64,000 nt of DNA, taken from positions 3,104,001 to 3,168,000 of the forward strand of contig CAVOFT010000001.1 in assembly GCA_963695095.1 (NCBI GenBank). Direction: 5' to 3'. A model generated the notes under the pieces. It was not told the DNA's origin and ran no database searches. It worked only from the letters and a program-made list of their open reading frames with translations. This document shows positions 27,715 through 42,165 of this stretch, piece by piece (within the stretch, counting starts at the first letter, position 1; every line of letters starts with the position of its first letter). Position numbers and translations under genes: made by a program. The DNA comes from an uncultured bacterium. GTDB taxonomy: Bacteria > Krumholzibacteriota > Krumholzibacteriia > JACNKJ01.

Positions 27715-28326
27715 CTACTTGGAGTAGAGCTCGACGATCAACTGCTCCTGAACGTTCACGGGCATGTCCCCGCGCTCGGGCTCATTGAGATACGTGCCTT
27801 CGAACGCCGTCTCGTTGAAGCTGACGTAGGGCACTCGGCCCCGCGCCGCCCGCTTCTTGATGGACTCCAAGATGAATGGATTGCTGCGGCTCTTTTCCCG
27901 CAGCCCGACACGGTCGCCAGGCTTCAGTTCGTAGCTGGGAATGTCGACCGACTTGTCGTTGACCAGGAAATGACCGTGGTTGACGAACTGCCGCGCCTGC
28001 GGCCTGGTCGCCGCAAATCCGGCCCGAAAGACGAAATTGTCCAGCCGCGCCTCCAGCATCTTGAGCAGATTGGTGCCCGTGACGCCCTGACGCCGCGCCG
28101 CTTCCTTGAAGTAGCGACGGAATTGGCGCTCGAGCACGCCGTACATGTACTTGACCTTCTGCTTCTCGACGAGCTGTAGCCCATACTCGGACGTCTTGCG
28201 CCGGCGATTGCGCCCGTGCTGTCCGGGCGGATAGGGCCGCTTGTCTAGCGGATTCTTGTCCGTCTCGAAGATGTTCTCACCGAAGCGTCGACTGATCTTG
28301 TGCTTCGGACCACGATAGCGCGCCAT
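27715..28326 (-). CDS. rpsD: 30S ribosomal protein S4
   Basis: MARYRGP, PPGQHG, LEARLDN, IVELYSK. Confidence 0.97.
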   Translation of the reverse strand: MARYRGPKHKISRRFGENIFETDKNPLDKRPYPPGQHGRNRRRKTSEYGLQLVEKQKVKYMYGVLERQFRRYFKEAARRQGVTGTNLLKMLEARLDNFVFRAGFAATRPQARQFVNHGHFLVNDKSVDIPSYELKPGDRVGLREKSRSNPFILESIKKRAARGRVPYVSFNETAFEGTYLNEPERGDMPVNVQEQLIVELYSK

Positions 28327-28380
28327 GCGCTCGACCTCCTCTAATGCTCGGCCCCCCGCGGGGCGACCTACCCGCGTTCG

Positions 28381-28779
28381 TTACATGCGGCGCCGCTTCT
28401 TGGGCCGGCAACCGTTATGGGGCATGCTCGTCTTGTCTTTGACGCCGCTCACTTCCACGCCGGTGGCGTGGATGGAGCGGATCGCCGCCTCGCGCCCGGG
28501 GCCGGGGCCCTTGAGGTGGATCTCGCAGCGCTTGAGACCCATGTTCATCGCGTCGCGCACGCAGCGGTCCGCCGCGAGCTGCGCGGCAAAAGGCGTGCTC
28601 TTGCGGCTGCCCTTGAAGCCCGAGGTGCCTGCGCTCGCCCAGGTGAAGACGTCGCCGGCCAGGCTGGTGGCGGTGACGATCGTGTTGTTGAAGCTGGACT
28701 TGATGTGGATGACACCCAGCGAGTCCATCCTGCGAGTCTTCTTGCGGCCGCTCTTGGCGCGGGCCTGAGGCGTAGCCAT
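28381..28779 (-). CDS. rpsK: 30S ribosomal protein S11
   Basis: SFNNTIVT, KSTPFAAQ, PHNGCRP. Confidence 0.97.
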   Translation of the reverse strand: MATPQARAKSGRKKTRRMDSLGVIHIKSSFNNTIVTATSLAGDVFTWASAGTSGFKGSRKSTPFAAQLAADRCVRDAMNMGLKRCEIHLKGPGPGREAAIRSIHATGVEVSGVKDKTSMPHNGCRPKKRRRM

Positions 28780-28875
28780 TGTGATTCCTCCTCAGAATCT
28801 ACGGACAGGTCCCCTCGCGGGGGCCCTCAACCCTGCCGGGAGCGCGGCATCGGCGCCGTCCGCTCCTGTGGTAAA

Positions 28876-29253
28876 CTAGCGTGTGCGCTTCTTCGCGCCC
28901 GGACGCGCCTTCGGGCCCTTGCGGGTGCGCGCGTTCGTCTTCGTGCGCTGGCCATGAACGGGCAACCCCCGCCGATGCCGCAGACCCCGGTAGCAGCCGA
29001 TGTCCATGAGGCGTTTGATGTTCATGGAGATCTCGGTGCGCAGGGTACCTTCGGTCCTGTACTCGGGCTTGTTCAGCTCGTCGCGCAGCATCGCCGACTG
29101 CTCCTCCGTGAGGTTCTTCACGCGGAGGTCGTGGCTAATGCCGGTCTGCGCCAGCACCTTCTCGCTCGTGCGGCGCCCTACACCGTAGATGTAGGTGAGG
29201 CCGACGACGATCCGCTTGTTGGCCGGCAGATCAACGCCTTGGATTCGGGCCAA
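28876..29253 (-). CDS. rpsM: 30S ribosomal protein S13
   Basis: [22 protein letters not shown]. Confidence 0.97.
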   Translation of the reverse strand: MARIQGVDLPANKRIVVGLTYIYGVGRRTSEKVLAQTGISHDLRVKNLTEEQSAMLRDELNKPEYRTEGTLRTEISMNIKRLMDIGCYRGLRHRRGLPVHGQRTKTNARTRKGPKARPGAKKRTR

Positions 29254-29277
29254 AACAGTTCCTCCTTAACTACCTGA

Positions 29278-29394
29278 CTAACCCTGGCGCTGCTTGTGCC
29301 GGGGATTCTTCTTGCAGATGATGCGCAGCACGCCGCGGCGGCGGATCAACTTGCAGTTCTCACACATGGGCTTGACCGAGGCTCGGACCTTCAT
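29278..29394 (-). CDS. rpmJ: 50S ribosomal protein L36 (not in the ORF track)
   Basis: Hand translation [38 protein letters not shown]. Confidence 0.96.
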   Translation of the reverse strand: MKVRASVKPMCENCKLIRRRGVLRIICKKNPRHKQRQG

Positions 29395-29427
29395 GACCAC
29401 CTCTTTCCCCGCATCGCGCGCGCGACG

Positions 29428-29646
29428 CTACTTGTAGCGGTAAACGATGCGCCCGCGGGTAAGATCGTAGGGCGAGAGTTCCACCGTCACCTTGTCTCCC
29501 GGCAGGATACGAATCAGATGCATGCGCATCTTGCCGGCTACGTGGGCGAGTACCGTGTGATTGTTTTCGAGTTCGACTCGGAACATGGCGTTCGAGAGCG
29601 CCTCGATCACGGTCCCTTCCACCGAAATTGCACCTTGCTTGGCCAA
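29428..29646 (-). CDS. infA: translation initiation factor IF-1
   Basis: [20 protein letters not shown]. Confidence 0.97.
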   Translation of the reverse strand: MAKQGAISVEGTVIEALSNAMFRVELENNHTVLAHVAGKMRMHLIRILPGDKVTVELSPYDLTRGRIVYRYK

Positions 29647-29668
29647 TTCTCCTCCGCGCCTACGGCGC

Positions 29669-30412
29669 CTAGGCGGTGAGAATCACGGGCCCTTGCTCCG
29701 TGACGGCCACCGTGTGCTCAAAATGGGCGGACAACTTGCCGTCCGCAGTAACCACCGTCCACTCATCGGGCAGAGTGCGCACTGCTTCGCGCCCCTCGTT
29801 GACCATCGGCTCGATCGCCAGCACGATGCCCGGCACCAGTTCCGGACCCTGCCCGGCGGGTCCGAAGTTCGGCACCTGGGGCTCCTCGTGCAGCGCCCAG
29901 CCGATGCCGTGACCGACGAGGTCGCGTACGACCGAAAAGCCCTCGCCCTCGACGCAGGCCTGCACGGCATGCGAGATGTCGCTGAGCCGCCGGCCGGGGC
30001 GCGCCTGGGCGATGCCGGCGGCCAGGGAAGCGCGCGTAACTTCCAGCAGCCGCTGCGCCTGCTGGCTGATGCGCCCCACCGGATAGGTCTCGCAGGCGTC
30101 GGCGTAGTAGCCGCCCTTCTCTACCCCGACGTCGATGCTCACCAGATCCCCTTCGGCCAGCACCCGCTCGCCGGGGATGCCATGCACCACCGCCTCATTC
30201 ACGGAGATGCAGGCGTGCCCGGGAAAGCCATTGTAGCCCTTGAAGGCCGCGCGGGCGCCTTCGCCCGCGATGCTCGCGCGCACGAGTTCGTCGAGCTCGG
30301 CAGTGGTAACGCCCGGGCGTACCGCGGCGCCGGCGCTCGTCAGCGCCCGCCGCAAAATGATGCCTGCCGCCCGCATGGCCTCGATATCCGCCTTGCTCTT
30401 GAGTCGGATCAC
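29669..30412 (-). CDS. map: methionine aminopeptidase type I
   Basis: [35 protein letters not shown]. Confidence 0.96.
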   Translation of the reverse strand: MIRLKSKADIEAMRAAGIILRRALTSAGAAVRPGVTTAELDELVRASIAGEGARAAFKGYNGFPGHACISVNEAVVHGIPGERVLAEGDLVSIDVGVEKGGYYADACETYPVGRISQQAQRLLEVTRASLAAGIAQARPGRRLSDISHAVQACVEGEGFSVVRDLVGHGIGWALHEEPQVPNFGPAGQGPELVPGIVLAIEPMVNEGREAVRTLPDEWTVVTADGKLSAHFEHTVAVTEQGPVILTA

Positions 30413-31099
30413 GCTGACTCCCGACTGCCGAAGCGATCACGCAGGATCGAGAAGATGGCGTCCGTCACCCGTGCCATGGGCTGGGCGCCGTCGATCCGCA
30501 CGACCTTGTCGTGACTCTCGTAGAAATCGATCACCGGCCGGGTCTGCTCTTCGTAGACCGCCAGCCGATCGCGGATCGTATCCGCCTTGTCGTCGTCGCG
30601 CTGGTAGAAGTCGCCGCCATCGGGCGCAGCGCCCGACGCCGGGATCTCCCCCGTCGCGTCCGCCAGGGGCAGCAACTCCTCCCGGCTATAGATGCGCCCG
30701 GTGGCGCGATTCACGCGTCTGCCGCTCAGGCGCCGGATCACGTCCTCGGGCTCGACCTGGATCAGCAGCCCCAGATCGACCTCGAGGTCAGCGCTTCGCC
30801 AGCAGCCGCTCCAGTCCCTCGGCCTGGGCGCGTGTGCGCGGGAAGCCGTCAAGGATCCATCCGTCCGCGCAATCCAGCTGCGCCAGGCGCTTGCCGACCA
30901 TGGCGAGCACGATGTCGTCGCCCACCAGCTGCCCGGCGTCCATCACGGCTTTCGCCCGCCGGCCCAGCTCGCTGTCCCCCGCCACTTCCGCCCTCAGGAT
31001 GTCCCCCGTCGAAATGTGCGGGAGTCCGTAGCGCTCCTTGATTCTCACCGCCTGGGTTCCCTTGCCGGAGCCCGGCGCTCCCAGGATGATCAGATGCAC
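30409..31099 (-). CDS. adk: adenylate kinase (indel near 30790)
   Basis: [26 protein letters not shown], then second frame RRLSGRR...QRDDD. Confidence 0.92.
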
Positions 31100-31101
31100 G
31101 C

Positions 31102-32401
<1,300 letters not shown>

Positions 32402-32446
32402 CTGGGCGTGTCTCCTCGTCTGTGAGGCAGCCGGCCGCTTCCGCGG

Positions 32447-32890
32447 CTAGGCCGCCACCTCGACCGTCCCGCCGGCCTTCTCGATCAGCTCGCGCGCCTT
32501 CGCACTGCAGGCATCGACGCGCACTGTCAGCGCCCGGGCGACTTCCCCGTCGCCGAGCAGTTTCACAGGCCGATTGCGCTTGCGAATGAGGCCATTCGCG
32601 TAGAGGGTCTCGGCCGTCACTTCGCTGCCCTCGGGGAGGCGCACCAGCTGCCCCACGTTCACCGGCTGGAATTCCCGCCGGAAGATGTTCGTGAAGCCGC
32701 GCTTGGGCACGCGCCGCTGAATGGGCATCTGCCCGCCCTCGAACCAGGGGCGATGATTGGTGCCCGAGCGGGCGAGCTGACCCTTGTGACCGCGGCCGCT
32801 GGTGCCGCCGCGGCCGCTGCCCGGGCCGCGACCCACACGCTTGGCGCGGTGGGTGGCTCCAGGGGCCGGCTTGAGATCGCTGAGTTTCAT
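32447..32890 (-). CDS. rplO: 50S ribosomal protein L15
   Basis: GRGHKGQ, FEGGQMP. Confidence 0.97.
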   Translation of the reverse strand: MKLSDLKPAPGATHRAKRVGRGPGSGRGGTSGRGHKGQLARSGTNHRPWFEGGQMPIQRRVPKRGFTNIFRREFQPVNVGQLVRLPEGSEVTAETLYANGLIRKRNRPVKLLGDGEVARALTVRVDACSAKARELIEKAGGTVEVAA

Positions 32891-32891
32891 G

Positions 32892-33086
32892 CTACTCCTC
32901 CGTCTCCTCGACGCTCACCATATGCTTGACCTTGAACACCATGCCCCGGATCTGCGGCGTGTCCGTATGCGTCACCGTGTGGTGCATCCGGCGCAGCCCC
33001 AGTGCCGCGATCGTGCGCTTGGCCTTGAGCTTGTTGCCGATGATGGACCGCGTCTGCGTCACCTTGAGTACGCGCCGCTTGGCCAT
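32892..33086 (-). CDS. rpmD: 50S ribosomal protein L30
   Basis: [11 protein letters not shown]...ALGLRRM...[12 protein letters not shown]. Confidence 0.95.
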   Translation of the reverse strand: MAKRRVLKVTQTRSIIGNKLKAKRTIAALGLRRMHHTVTHTDTPQIRGMVFKVKHMVSVEETEE

Positions 33087-33088
33087 GG

Positions 33089-33655
33089 CTATGCCTCCTC
33101 CTCGTGGCGGATGCCGAACATCCGGCTCACGGAGATACCCCGTCGCTTGGCGACATCCGCCGCCGACTGCATCCGGCCCAGTCCCTCCATCGTGGCCCGC
33201 ACCAGGTTGTGCGGGTTGTTCGACCCGAGGGACTTCGTCAGGATGTCGGAGATGCCCGCCGCTTCCAGCACCGCACGCACCGGACCGCCGGCAATGACGC
33301 CGGTACCGGGCGACGCGGGCTTGAGCAGCACGCGCCCCGCTCCGTAGTGGCCGACCAGCCGGAAGGGCACGGTGCGGTTGTCGAAGCGCTGCACGCTGAC
33401 CATCCGCTTGCGGGCGGCCTCGGTGCCCTTGCGCACGGCTTCCGAGATTTCCCGGGCCTTGCCGAGACCGGTGCCCACCTGGCCATTGCCGTCGCCCACC
33501 GCCACCAAGGCGGTGAAGCTGAAGTTCTTGCCGCCCTTGACGGTCTTGGACACGCGATTGATGGCCACGACCTTCTCGATCAGGTTGGAGCGTTCCTCCT
33601 CCTGCTCGCGCCGACGGCGCGGTCGCTGGTCCCGATCTCTGCCTCCACGGATCAC
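33089..33655 (-). CDS. rpsE: 30S ribosomal protein S5
   Basis: [19 protein letters not shown]. Confidence 0.97.
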   Translation of the reverse strand: MIRGGRDRDQRPRRRREQEEERSNLIEKVVAINRVSKTVKGGKNFSFTALVAVGDGNGQVGTGLGKAREISEAVRKGTEAARKRMVSVQRFDNRTVPFRLVGHYGAGRVLLKPASPGTGVIAGGPVRAVLEAAGISDILTKSLGSNNPHNLVRATMEGLGRMQSAADVAKRRGISVSRMFGIRHEEEA

Positions 33656-33675
33656 CTTTGTACCCCCTAGATTGC

Positions 33676-34047
33676 CTAGAACTCGAGTCCCGCCTGGCGT
33701 GCGGCTTCGGCCAGGGCCTTGACCCGGCCATGGAAGAGGAAGCCGCCGCGATCAAAGACGACGGACTTGATACCCTGGGCCTGCGCCGCGGCGGCGATGG
33801 CTCGCCCAACCTCACGCGCGGTGGCCACCTTATGCGACTCGCCCTCTTTGGGCGTCGCCTTGAGCTTGAGGCTATTGGCGCTGGCCAGCGTCAGCCGCCG
33901 ATTGTCGTCGATCAGCTGCGCGTAGATATTGGTCAGGCTGCGATAGACGGCTAGCCGCGGCCGCTGGGCCGTGCCGGACATCTGCTTGCGGATGCGCTGG
34001 TGCCGCTTGGCACGCTGTGCCTTGCGATCGAAGGTCGTGATTGACAT
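33676..34047 (-). CDS. rplR: 50S ribosomal protein L18
   Basis: [21 protein letters not shown]. Confidence 0.97.
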   Translation of the reverse strand: MSITTFDRKAQRAKRHQRIRKQMSGTAQRPRLAVYRSLTNIYAQLIDDNRRLTLASANSLKLKATPKEGESHKVATAREVGRAIAAAAQAQGIKSVVFDRGGFLFHGRVKALAEAARQAGLEF

Positions 34048-34058
34048 GGCTGCTGCTC

Positions 34059-34604
34059 CTAGCCCTTCGCCGAGGCCTTGCCGGCCTTGCGGTGGATCGT
34101 CTCGCCCTTGTAGCGGATGCCCTTGCCCTTGTAGGGCTCGGGCTTGCGCCAGGCGCGGATGTTGGCGGCCGTCTGTCCGACCAGTTCCTTGTCGCGTCCC
34201 AGCACGCGGATCTGCGTCGGCGCCGGCACTTCGAAGGCGATGCCATCTGGCGGGACCACCACCACGGGATGCGAGTAGGCGAGCGCCATGTGCAGCTCCT
34301 TGCCCTTCAGCTCCGCGCGGTAGCCGACGCCCACGATCTCGAGCTCCTTGACGAAGCCCGTTGAAACGCCCTCGATCATGTTGGCGACCAAGGTCCGGGT
34401 GAGTCCGTGCTGCGCCCGGTGCACCCGCGTCTCGCTCGGCCGCTCGACGCGCAGCTCCCCGGCATCGGCCACGATCTTCATTTCCGGATTCAGCCGGCGG
34501 CTGAGTTCACCCTTGGGCCCCTTGACGGTGCAGGCGCCGTCCGCCTGGACGTCGACGGTGACGTTGGCAGGCAGTGGGATCGGTTTCTTGCCAATGCGCG
34601 ACAT
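34059..34604 (-). CDS. rplF: 50S ribosomal protein L6
   Basis: [20 protein letters not shown]. Confidence 0.97.
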   Translation of the reverse strand: MSRIGKKPIPLPANVTVDVQADGACTVKGPKGELSRRLNPEMKIVADAGELRVERPSETRVHRAQHGLTRTLVANMIEGVSTGFVKELEIVGVGYRAELKGKELHMALAYSHPVVVVPPDGIAFEVPAPTQIRVLGRDKELVGQTAANIRAWRKPEPYKGKGIRYKGETIHRKAGKASAKG

Positions 34605-34624
34605 GAGATTGCCTCCGAATCTAG

Positions 34625-35023
34625 CTACCAGACCTGGCAGAGCACTTCGCCGCCGACGCCTCGCTGGCGGGCTTCGTTGCCACTAAGGATGCCTTGGCTC
34701 GTGGATAGAACGACGAGGCCGTAACCGCCGAGCACGCGCGGGATCTCTCCCTTCGTGGAGTAGATCCGCCGGCCGGGCTTGCTGATGCGCTGCAGGCCTT
34801 CGATGACGGGCCCGGTGTCATCGTTGTACTTCAGATAGATGCGCAGCAGACCCTGCTTGCCGTCTTCCACGAACTTCACGTCCCGCACATAGCCCTGCTC
34901 CCGCAGGATCTTCGCGATCTCGCCCTTGATCCGGGAAGCCGGGATATCCACGCGCGCATGCTTCGCGCGGCTGGCATTACGAATTCTCGTCAGGAAGTCC
35001 GCAATGGGATCGGTCATCGACAT
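34625..35023 (-). CDS. rpsH: 30S ribosomal protein S8
   Basis: [21 protein letters not shown]. Confidence 0.97.
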   Translation of the reverse strand: MSMTDPIADFLTRIRNASRAKHARVDIPASRIKGEIAKILREQGYVRDVKFVEDGKQGLLRIYLKYNDDTGPVIEGLQRISKPGRRIYSTKGEIPRVLGGYGLVVLSTSQGILSGNEARQRGVGGEVLCQVW

Positions 35024-35056
35024 GAGCTAACCCTCGTTTCGCTTCTCGGAGTCCGG

Positions 35057-35242
35057 TTACCAGCTGGCCTTGACGATGCCGGGGATCTCCCCACGCAGGG
35101 CCATTTCGCGAAAGCAGATGCGGCAGATGCCGAACTTGCGCATGTAGCCACGCGGGCGCCCACAGCGCCGACAGCGCGTGTAGCTGCGGACCTGGAATTT
35201 GGGCTTCCGGTTGGACTTCACGATCAAGCACTTCTTGGCCAC
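35057..35242 (-). CDS. rpsN: 30S ribosomal protein S14, Zn-binding type Z
   Basis: [10 protein letters not shown]...ICRICFRE...KASW. Confidence 0.96.
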   Translation of the reverse strand: MAKKCLIVKSNRKPKFQVRSYTRCRRCGRPRGYMRKFGICRICFREMALRGEIPGIVKASW

Positions 35243-35274
35243 GCTGATACCTCTGTGCGTTTCCCCGCTAGGGA

Positions 35275-35817
35275 CTAGTTGCGACGGAAAGGCATGTTGA
35301 GCAGCCTGAGCAGCTCCATGGCCTCTTCGTCCGTCTCGGCGCTGGTGACGAAATTGATGTCCATCCCCTGGATCCGCAGGATCTTGTCGTAGTCGATCTC
35401 GGGGAAGATGATCTGTTCCTTGAGGCCGAGGTTGTAATTGCCCCGGCCGTCGAAGCTCTTGTCGGGCACGCCGCGGAAATCGCGCACGCGCGGCAAGGCG
35501 ACGTTGACCAGGCGGTCGTAGAACTCCCACATGCGATCCCCGCGCAGGGTGACCTTGAGGCCCACGGGCATCCCCTCGCGGATCTTGAAGTTCGCAACCG
35601 ACTTGCGCGCCGGGTTCAAGCGCGGCTTCTGCCCGGTGATCTTCGTCAGATCGCCCTCGGCCGCCTTGAGCATGGCCTCGTTGCGCGAGCCCTCGCCGAC
35701 GCCCATGTTGACGACGATCTTCTTGAGCCGGGGCACCTGCATCGGGTTGCCATAGCCGTACTTCTCCTGCAGGGCAGGGGCCACGGTCTCCATATAGAAT
35801 GCCTTCAACCTCGCCAT
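35275..35817 (-). CDS. rplE: 50S ribosomal protein L5
   Basis: [22 protein letters not shown]. Confidence 0.97.
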   Translation of the reverse strand: MARLKAFYMETVAPALQEKYGYGNPMQVPRLKKIVVNMGVGEGSRNEAMLKAAEGDLTKITGQKPRLNPARKSVANFKIREGMPVGLKVTLRGDRMWEFYDRLVNVALPRVRDFRGVPDKSFDGRGNYNLGLKEQIIFPEIDYDKILRIQGMDINFVTSAETDEEAMELLRLLNMPFRRN

Positions 35818-35877
35818 GTCCGTTTCCTTTCCTCCTCGCGCGCGCGACCCGGCACGGGTGGCCGGGCGCCGCTGGCG

Positions 35878-36111
35878 CTAGGGACGGGAACCCTTCTCGA
35901 GCACCCGCAGATTCGACACGTGGATGGGCGCTTCCTGCTCGATGATACCGCCCGGCTCGCTTTGGCTGCGCTGCTTGCGGTGCCGCTTCGCCATGTTGAC
36001 GTTTTCGACGATCACCCGCTCCTTGGCAGGGAAGACCTTGAGCACCTTCCCCTTCACGCCCTTGTGAGCGCCGGCGATCACTTCCACGGTGTCGTTCTTG
36101 CCGATCTTCAC
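35878..36111 (-). CDS. rplX: 50S ribosomal protein L24 (short form)
   Basis: [21 protein letters not shown]. Confidence 0.95.
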   Translation of the reverse strand: MKIGKNDTVEVIAGAHKGVKGKVLKVFPAKERVIVENVNMAKRHRKQRSQSEPGGIIEQEAPIHVSNLRVLEKGSRP

Positions 36112-36123
36112 GACTGCACCTCG

Positions 36124-36492
36124 CTAGAGCACTTCAGGGGCGAGCGAAACGATCTTCATGAATCGCTTCTCACGCAGCTCACGCGCCACCGGGCCGAAGA
36201 TGCGCGTGCCCACGGGCTCGTTCTGCTGGTTGATGATGACGGCTGCGTTCTGGTCGAAGCGGATGTAGGACCCGTCGCGGCGCCGCACTTCCTTGCGTGT
36301 GCGCACGACGACCGCGCGCGCCACCTGGCCGTTCTTCACGGTGCCGTTGGGCAGCGCCTGCTTGACGGCGACGGTGATGATGTCGCCGACGGACGCGTAC
36401 CGGCGGCGCGTCCCGCCCAGCACCTTGATGCACTGGGCCTTCTTGGCGCCGGAATTATCCGCGATGACCAACATGGTCTCCTGCTGGATCAT
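36124..36492 (-). CDS. rplN: 50S ribosomal protein L14
   Basis: [26 protein letters not shown]. Confidence 0.97.
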   Translation of the reverse strand: MIQQETMLVIADNSGAKKAQCIKVLGGTRRRYASVGDIITVAVKQALPNGTVKNGQVARAVVVRTRKEVRRRDGSYIRFDQNAAVIINQQNEPVGTRIFGPVARELREKRFMKIVSLAPEVL

Positions 36493-36507
36493 TTCTCCCT
36501 CGCTCCC

Positions 36508-36771
36508 TTACTCGGCACGCTTGACGATTTCGCACACGCGCCAGCGCTTGGTCTTGCTCAAGGGACGCGTGGCCATCACGCGGACCAGATCCCCGATGCG
36601 GCAGCTGTTCTCCGCATCATGAGCCACCACCTTGCTGGTGCGGTTGTAATAACGCTTGTAGCGCGGATGCGGAATGCGCCGCGCGACGCTGATGACCACC
36701 GTCTGCTGCATCTTGTCGCTGACGACGGTGCCCAGCAGGGTCTTGCGCAGATTCCGGGCGTTCTCTTCCAT
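36508..36771 (-). CDS. rpsQ: 30S ribosomal protein S17
   Basis: GTVVSDKM, RPLSKTKRW. Confidence 0.97.
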   Translation of the reverse strand: MEENARNLRKTLLGTVVSDKMQQTVVISVARRIPHPRYKRYYNRTSKVVAHDAENSCRIGDLVRVMATRPLSKTKRWRVCEIVKRAE

Positions 36772-36786
36772 CCTCGACTCCTATCC

Positions 36787-36987
36787 TCAGAGAGCCTGCT
36801 CCCGCTGGCGTTCGGCCAGCAGGGTCTTGATCCGCGCCAGGTCCCGACGCGCCTTGCGGATGCCGAGCGGATTGTTGAGCTGGCTGAGACCGTGGCGGAG
36901 CTTCATGTTGAAAAGCTCCTCCAACATCTCCTTCTCCTTGACGGCCAGCTCCTGCTCGCCCAGGTCCCGTAGTTCACTCAGCTTCAT
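36787..36987 (-). CDS. rpmC: 50S ribosomal protein L29
   Basis: MKLSELR...ELFNMK...RRDLARIKT; position in the operon. Confidence 0.95.
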   Translation of the reverse strand: MKLSELRDLGEQELAVKEKEMLEELFNMKLRHGLSQLNNPLGIRKARRDLARIKTLLAERQREQAL

Positions 36988-36997
36988 GGCCAACTCC

Positions 36998-37408
<411 letters not shown>

Positions 37409-37410
37409 GG

Positions 37411-38082
37411 CTAGATGGCCTCCTGCACCTGGTTGCTCAGCTCGCGCTTGAAGTCCCGCGGGAAGACGTCATTCACGTAGACCCAGACCTTGACGCCGAT
37501 GGTGCCGAAGGTCGTCTTCGCCGTCGAAATGCCGAAATCGATGTCCGCACGCAGGGTGTGCAAGGGCACCTCGCCGTCGTGGTACTGCTCGACGCGGGCG
37601 ATCTCGGCGCCGCCGAGGCGGCCGCCGCACTGGATCTTGATGCCGCGGGCGCCCATGCGCATCGCCGAGGTGATCGACTTCTTCATCGCCCGCCGGAAGC
37701 TGACGCGGTTCTCGAGCTGCGAGGCGACGTGCTCGCTCACCAGCTGCGCGTTCAACTCGGGCTTCTTCACTTCCTTGATGTTCAGGTAGACCTGCTTTCC
37801 CGTCAGCACGTTGAGCTGATCGCGGAGCATGTCCACTTCCTGGCCCTTGCGGCCGATGACCATGCCCGGGCGGGCGGTGTGGATGTTCACCGTGACCTTC
37901 TTGGTCGACCGCTCGATGGTCACTCGGGCGATTCCCGCACGGAACAGCCGCTGGCGGACGAAACGGCGAATCAGCACGTCCTCGTTGAGCCAGTCGGCGT
38001 AGTTCTTGCCCGCGAACCAGCGCGAGTCCCAGGTCCTGATGACGCCGAGACGGAAGCCGGTCGGATGCGTTTTCTGCCCCAC
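37411..38082 (-). CDS. rpsC: 30S ribosomal protein S3
   Basis: [22 protein letters not shown]. Confidence 0.97.
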   Translation of the reverse strand: MGQKTHPTGFRLGVIRTWDSRWFAGKNYADWLNEDVLIRRFVRQRLFRAGIARVTIERSTKKVTVNIHTARPGMVIGRKGQEVDMLRDQLNVLTGKQVYLNIKEVKKPELNAQLVSEHVASQLENRVSFRRAMKKSITSAMRMGARGIKIQCGGRLGGAEIARVEQYHDGEVPLHTLRADIDFGISTAKTTFGTIGVKVWVYVNDVFPRDFKRELSNQVQEAI

Positions 38083-38096
38083 GGTGCTCCTCCTTC

Positions 38097-38441
38097 TTAC
38101 TTCTGGCCGAGTTCGACGAAGAGGTGGCTCGTCCGCTTGCGCACTCGGAAAGCCCGGCCCTGCGCGCGGGCGCGGATGCGCTTCATCGTCGGCCCTTCGT
38201 CTGCCCGGATCGTCGCCACGAAAAGGCGGTCGACATCGACGGGATTCTGTTCGTTGGCGAGATCGGTGGCGTTGGCCAACGCCGACTTGATCACGCGGTA
38301 AATGGGCAGCGCCGCACCCTTGTTCATGAACTTGAGCGTGCTCATCGCCTGGTTCACGTTCATCCCGCGCACCATGTTGGCGACCTGGCGCATCTTGAAC
38401 GGCGAGATGCGAATGTACTTGGCGCTTGCCTTGGCAGGCAT
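38097..38441 (-). CDS. rplV: 50S ribosomal protein L22
   Basis: [15 protein letters not shown]. Confidence 0.96.
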   Translation of the reverse strand: MPAKASAKYIRISPFKMRQVANMVRGMNVNQAMSTLKFMNKGAALPIYRVIKSALANATDLANEQNPVDVDRLFVATIRADEGPTMKRIRARAQGRAFRVRKRTSHLFVELGQK

Positions 38442-38459
38442 GACTAACCTCCGATCGAC

Positions 38460-38726
38460 TTACTGCTTCTTGCCGGCATGGGCCCGGAAGGTGCGGCTCG
38501 GGGAGAACTCACCAAGCTTGTGCCCCACCATGTTCTCCGTGACATAGACGGGGATGAACTTGTTGCCGTTGTGCACCGCCAGGGTGTGCCCCACGAATTC
38601 CGGCGAGATGGTGCTCCGGCGCGCCCAGGTCTTGATGACGCGCTTCTCGCTCTTGGCGTTCATCATCTCCAGCCGCTGCAGCAGCCGCAGATCGATGTAG
38701 GGACCCTTCTTCAGTGAACGCGACAA
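38460..38726 (-). CDS. rpsS: 30S ribosomal protein S19
   Basis: [16 protein letters not shown]. Confidence 0.97.
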   Translation of the reverse strand: MSRSLKKGPYIDLRLLQRLEMMNAKSEKRVIKTWARRSTISPEFVGHTLAVHNGNKFIPVYVTENMVGHKLGEFSPSRTFRAHAGKKQ

Positions 38727-38747
38727 TTCCTTGCCTCCTCAGTCTGG

Positions 38748-39584
<837 letters not shown>

Positions 39585-39606
39585 GCTCTCTCTCCTCGCC
39601 GCGCGA

Positions 39607-39894
39607 TCAGCCCTGGTTGACGATGTCGATGGACTGGCCGGCGGCCAGGGTGACCACCGCCTTCTTCCAGTCCGGGCGCTTGCCCGAGTAGCGACCGAGC
39701 CGCTTGACCTTGCCGCGCACGTTCATCGTGCGCACGTCCTCTACCGTCACCTTGAAGACCTGCTCGATGGCCCGCTTGATCTCCGGCTTGTCCGCCCGGC
39801 GGTCCACCTCGAAGACGTACCTGTTGAGCCCCCGCAGCGCCGTGCTCTTCTCGGTGAGCAGAGCCCGCCGCACGATGTGGTAGGCGTTCTTCAT
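39607..39894 (-). CDS. rplW: 50S ribosomal protein L23
   Basis: [17 protein letters not shown] overlap with rplD. Confidence 0.96.
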   Translation of the reverse strand: MKNAYHIVRRALLTEKSTALRGLNRYVFEVDRRADKPEIKRAIEQVFKVTVEDVRTMNVRGKVKRLGRYSGKRPDWKKAVVTLAAGQSIDIVNQG

Positions 39895-40526
39895 GACCCG
39901 AACACCTCCTTGATCTGCTCCAGGGCCGGCGCCGTCACGACCAGCTTGTCCGCCCACAGCACCTGATAGGCGTTCAGCTCCCGACCGACGATGAAGTCCA
40001 GGTTGCGCATGTTGCGCGCCGATTTGCAGAGCTCCAGATGATACTCGTCCAGGACGAGCAGGATCTTCTCCCGCCCCTCGCTCAGGCCCATGGCGGTGAT
40101 CAGCGCCTTGAAGTCCTTCGTGCGCGGCGTCGTCGGCGCGAAGTCCTTCACCACGAGCACGCCGCCCTCGGAAGCGCGGTCGCTGAGAGCGTCCAGGAGG
40201 GCGGCGCGCCGCGCCTTGCGCGGCATCGCATAGCTGTGGTCCCGCGTCTTCGGCCCGAAGGCCGTGCCGCCGCCGTGGCGAGTCGGGCTCTTGGCCGAAC
40301 CGGCCCGCGCCCGCCCCGTGCCCTTCTGGCGAAAGAGCTTGATCGTCGAACCGGTCACCTCGGAGCGGTCCTTCGTATGCGCGGTGCCCCGGCGCTGGTT
40401 GGCCAGGTAGTTGCGCACGGCCTCCCAGAGCAGGTGCGCGTTGGGCTCCCGGCCGAAGAGGGCATCGGGCAACTCCACCGTGCCGGCGCTGTTGCCCTTG
40501 CCGTCGTATAGATTTGCGTTCGGCAT
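39891..40526 (-). CDS. rplD: 50S ribosomal protein L4
   Basis: [20 protein letters not shown]. Confidence 0.97.
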   Translation of the reverse strand: MPNANLYDGKGNSAGTVELPDALFGREPNAHLLWEAVRNYLANQRRGTAHTKDRSEVTGSTIKLFRQKGTGRARAGSAKSPTRHGGGTAFGPKTRDHSYAMPRKARRAALLDALSDRASEGGVLVVKDFAPTTPRTKDFKALITAMGLSEGREKILLVLDEYHLELCKSARNMRNLDFIVGRELNAYQVLWADKLVVTAPALEQIKEVFGS

Positions 40527-40579
40527 TGCTTCTCCAGTTGCCTCGCCGGCCCCGCTCGCTCAGGAAGCGGGGGGCGGCG

Positions 40580-40891
40580 TCAGACCTTGATCTCGATGTC
40601 CACGCCCGCCGGCAGATCCAGCTTGGTCAAGGCGTCGAGGGTGGCCGGGGTCGACTTGGTGATCTCGATGAGGCGCTTGTGCACCCGCATCTCGAACTGC
40701 TCGCGGGACTTCTTGTCCACATGCGGCGAGCGCAGCACCGTGTAGAGCGTCCGCTGCGTGGGCAACGGAATCGGCCCCGATATCTCGGCGCCGGTCCGCT
40801 TCGCGGTGCGGACGATCTCGAACGCCGAGCGATCGAGCGTGCTGTGCTCGTAGGCCTTGAGCCTGATCTTGATCTTTTGACCCGTGTACAC
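40580..40891 (-). CDS. rpsJ: 30S ribosomal protein S10
   Basis: [21 protein letters not shown]. Confidence 0.97.
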   Translation of the reverse strand: MYTGQKIKIRLKAYEHSTLDRSAFEIVRTAKRTGAEISGPIPLPTQRTLYTVLRSPHVDKKSREQFEMRVHKRLIEITKSTPATLDALTKLDLPAGVDIEIKV

Positions 40892-40947
40892 TTCATGCCT
40901 CCGTTTGCGGGCTACCCCAGCGTCGGCCGCGCGGCCGCCTGCTCACC

Positions 40948-42138
<1,191 letters not shown>

Positions 42139-42165
42139 GGCGAATCAACCTCCTCTGGGGGGTAC

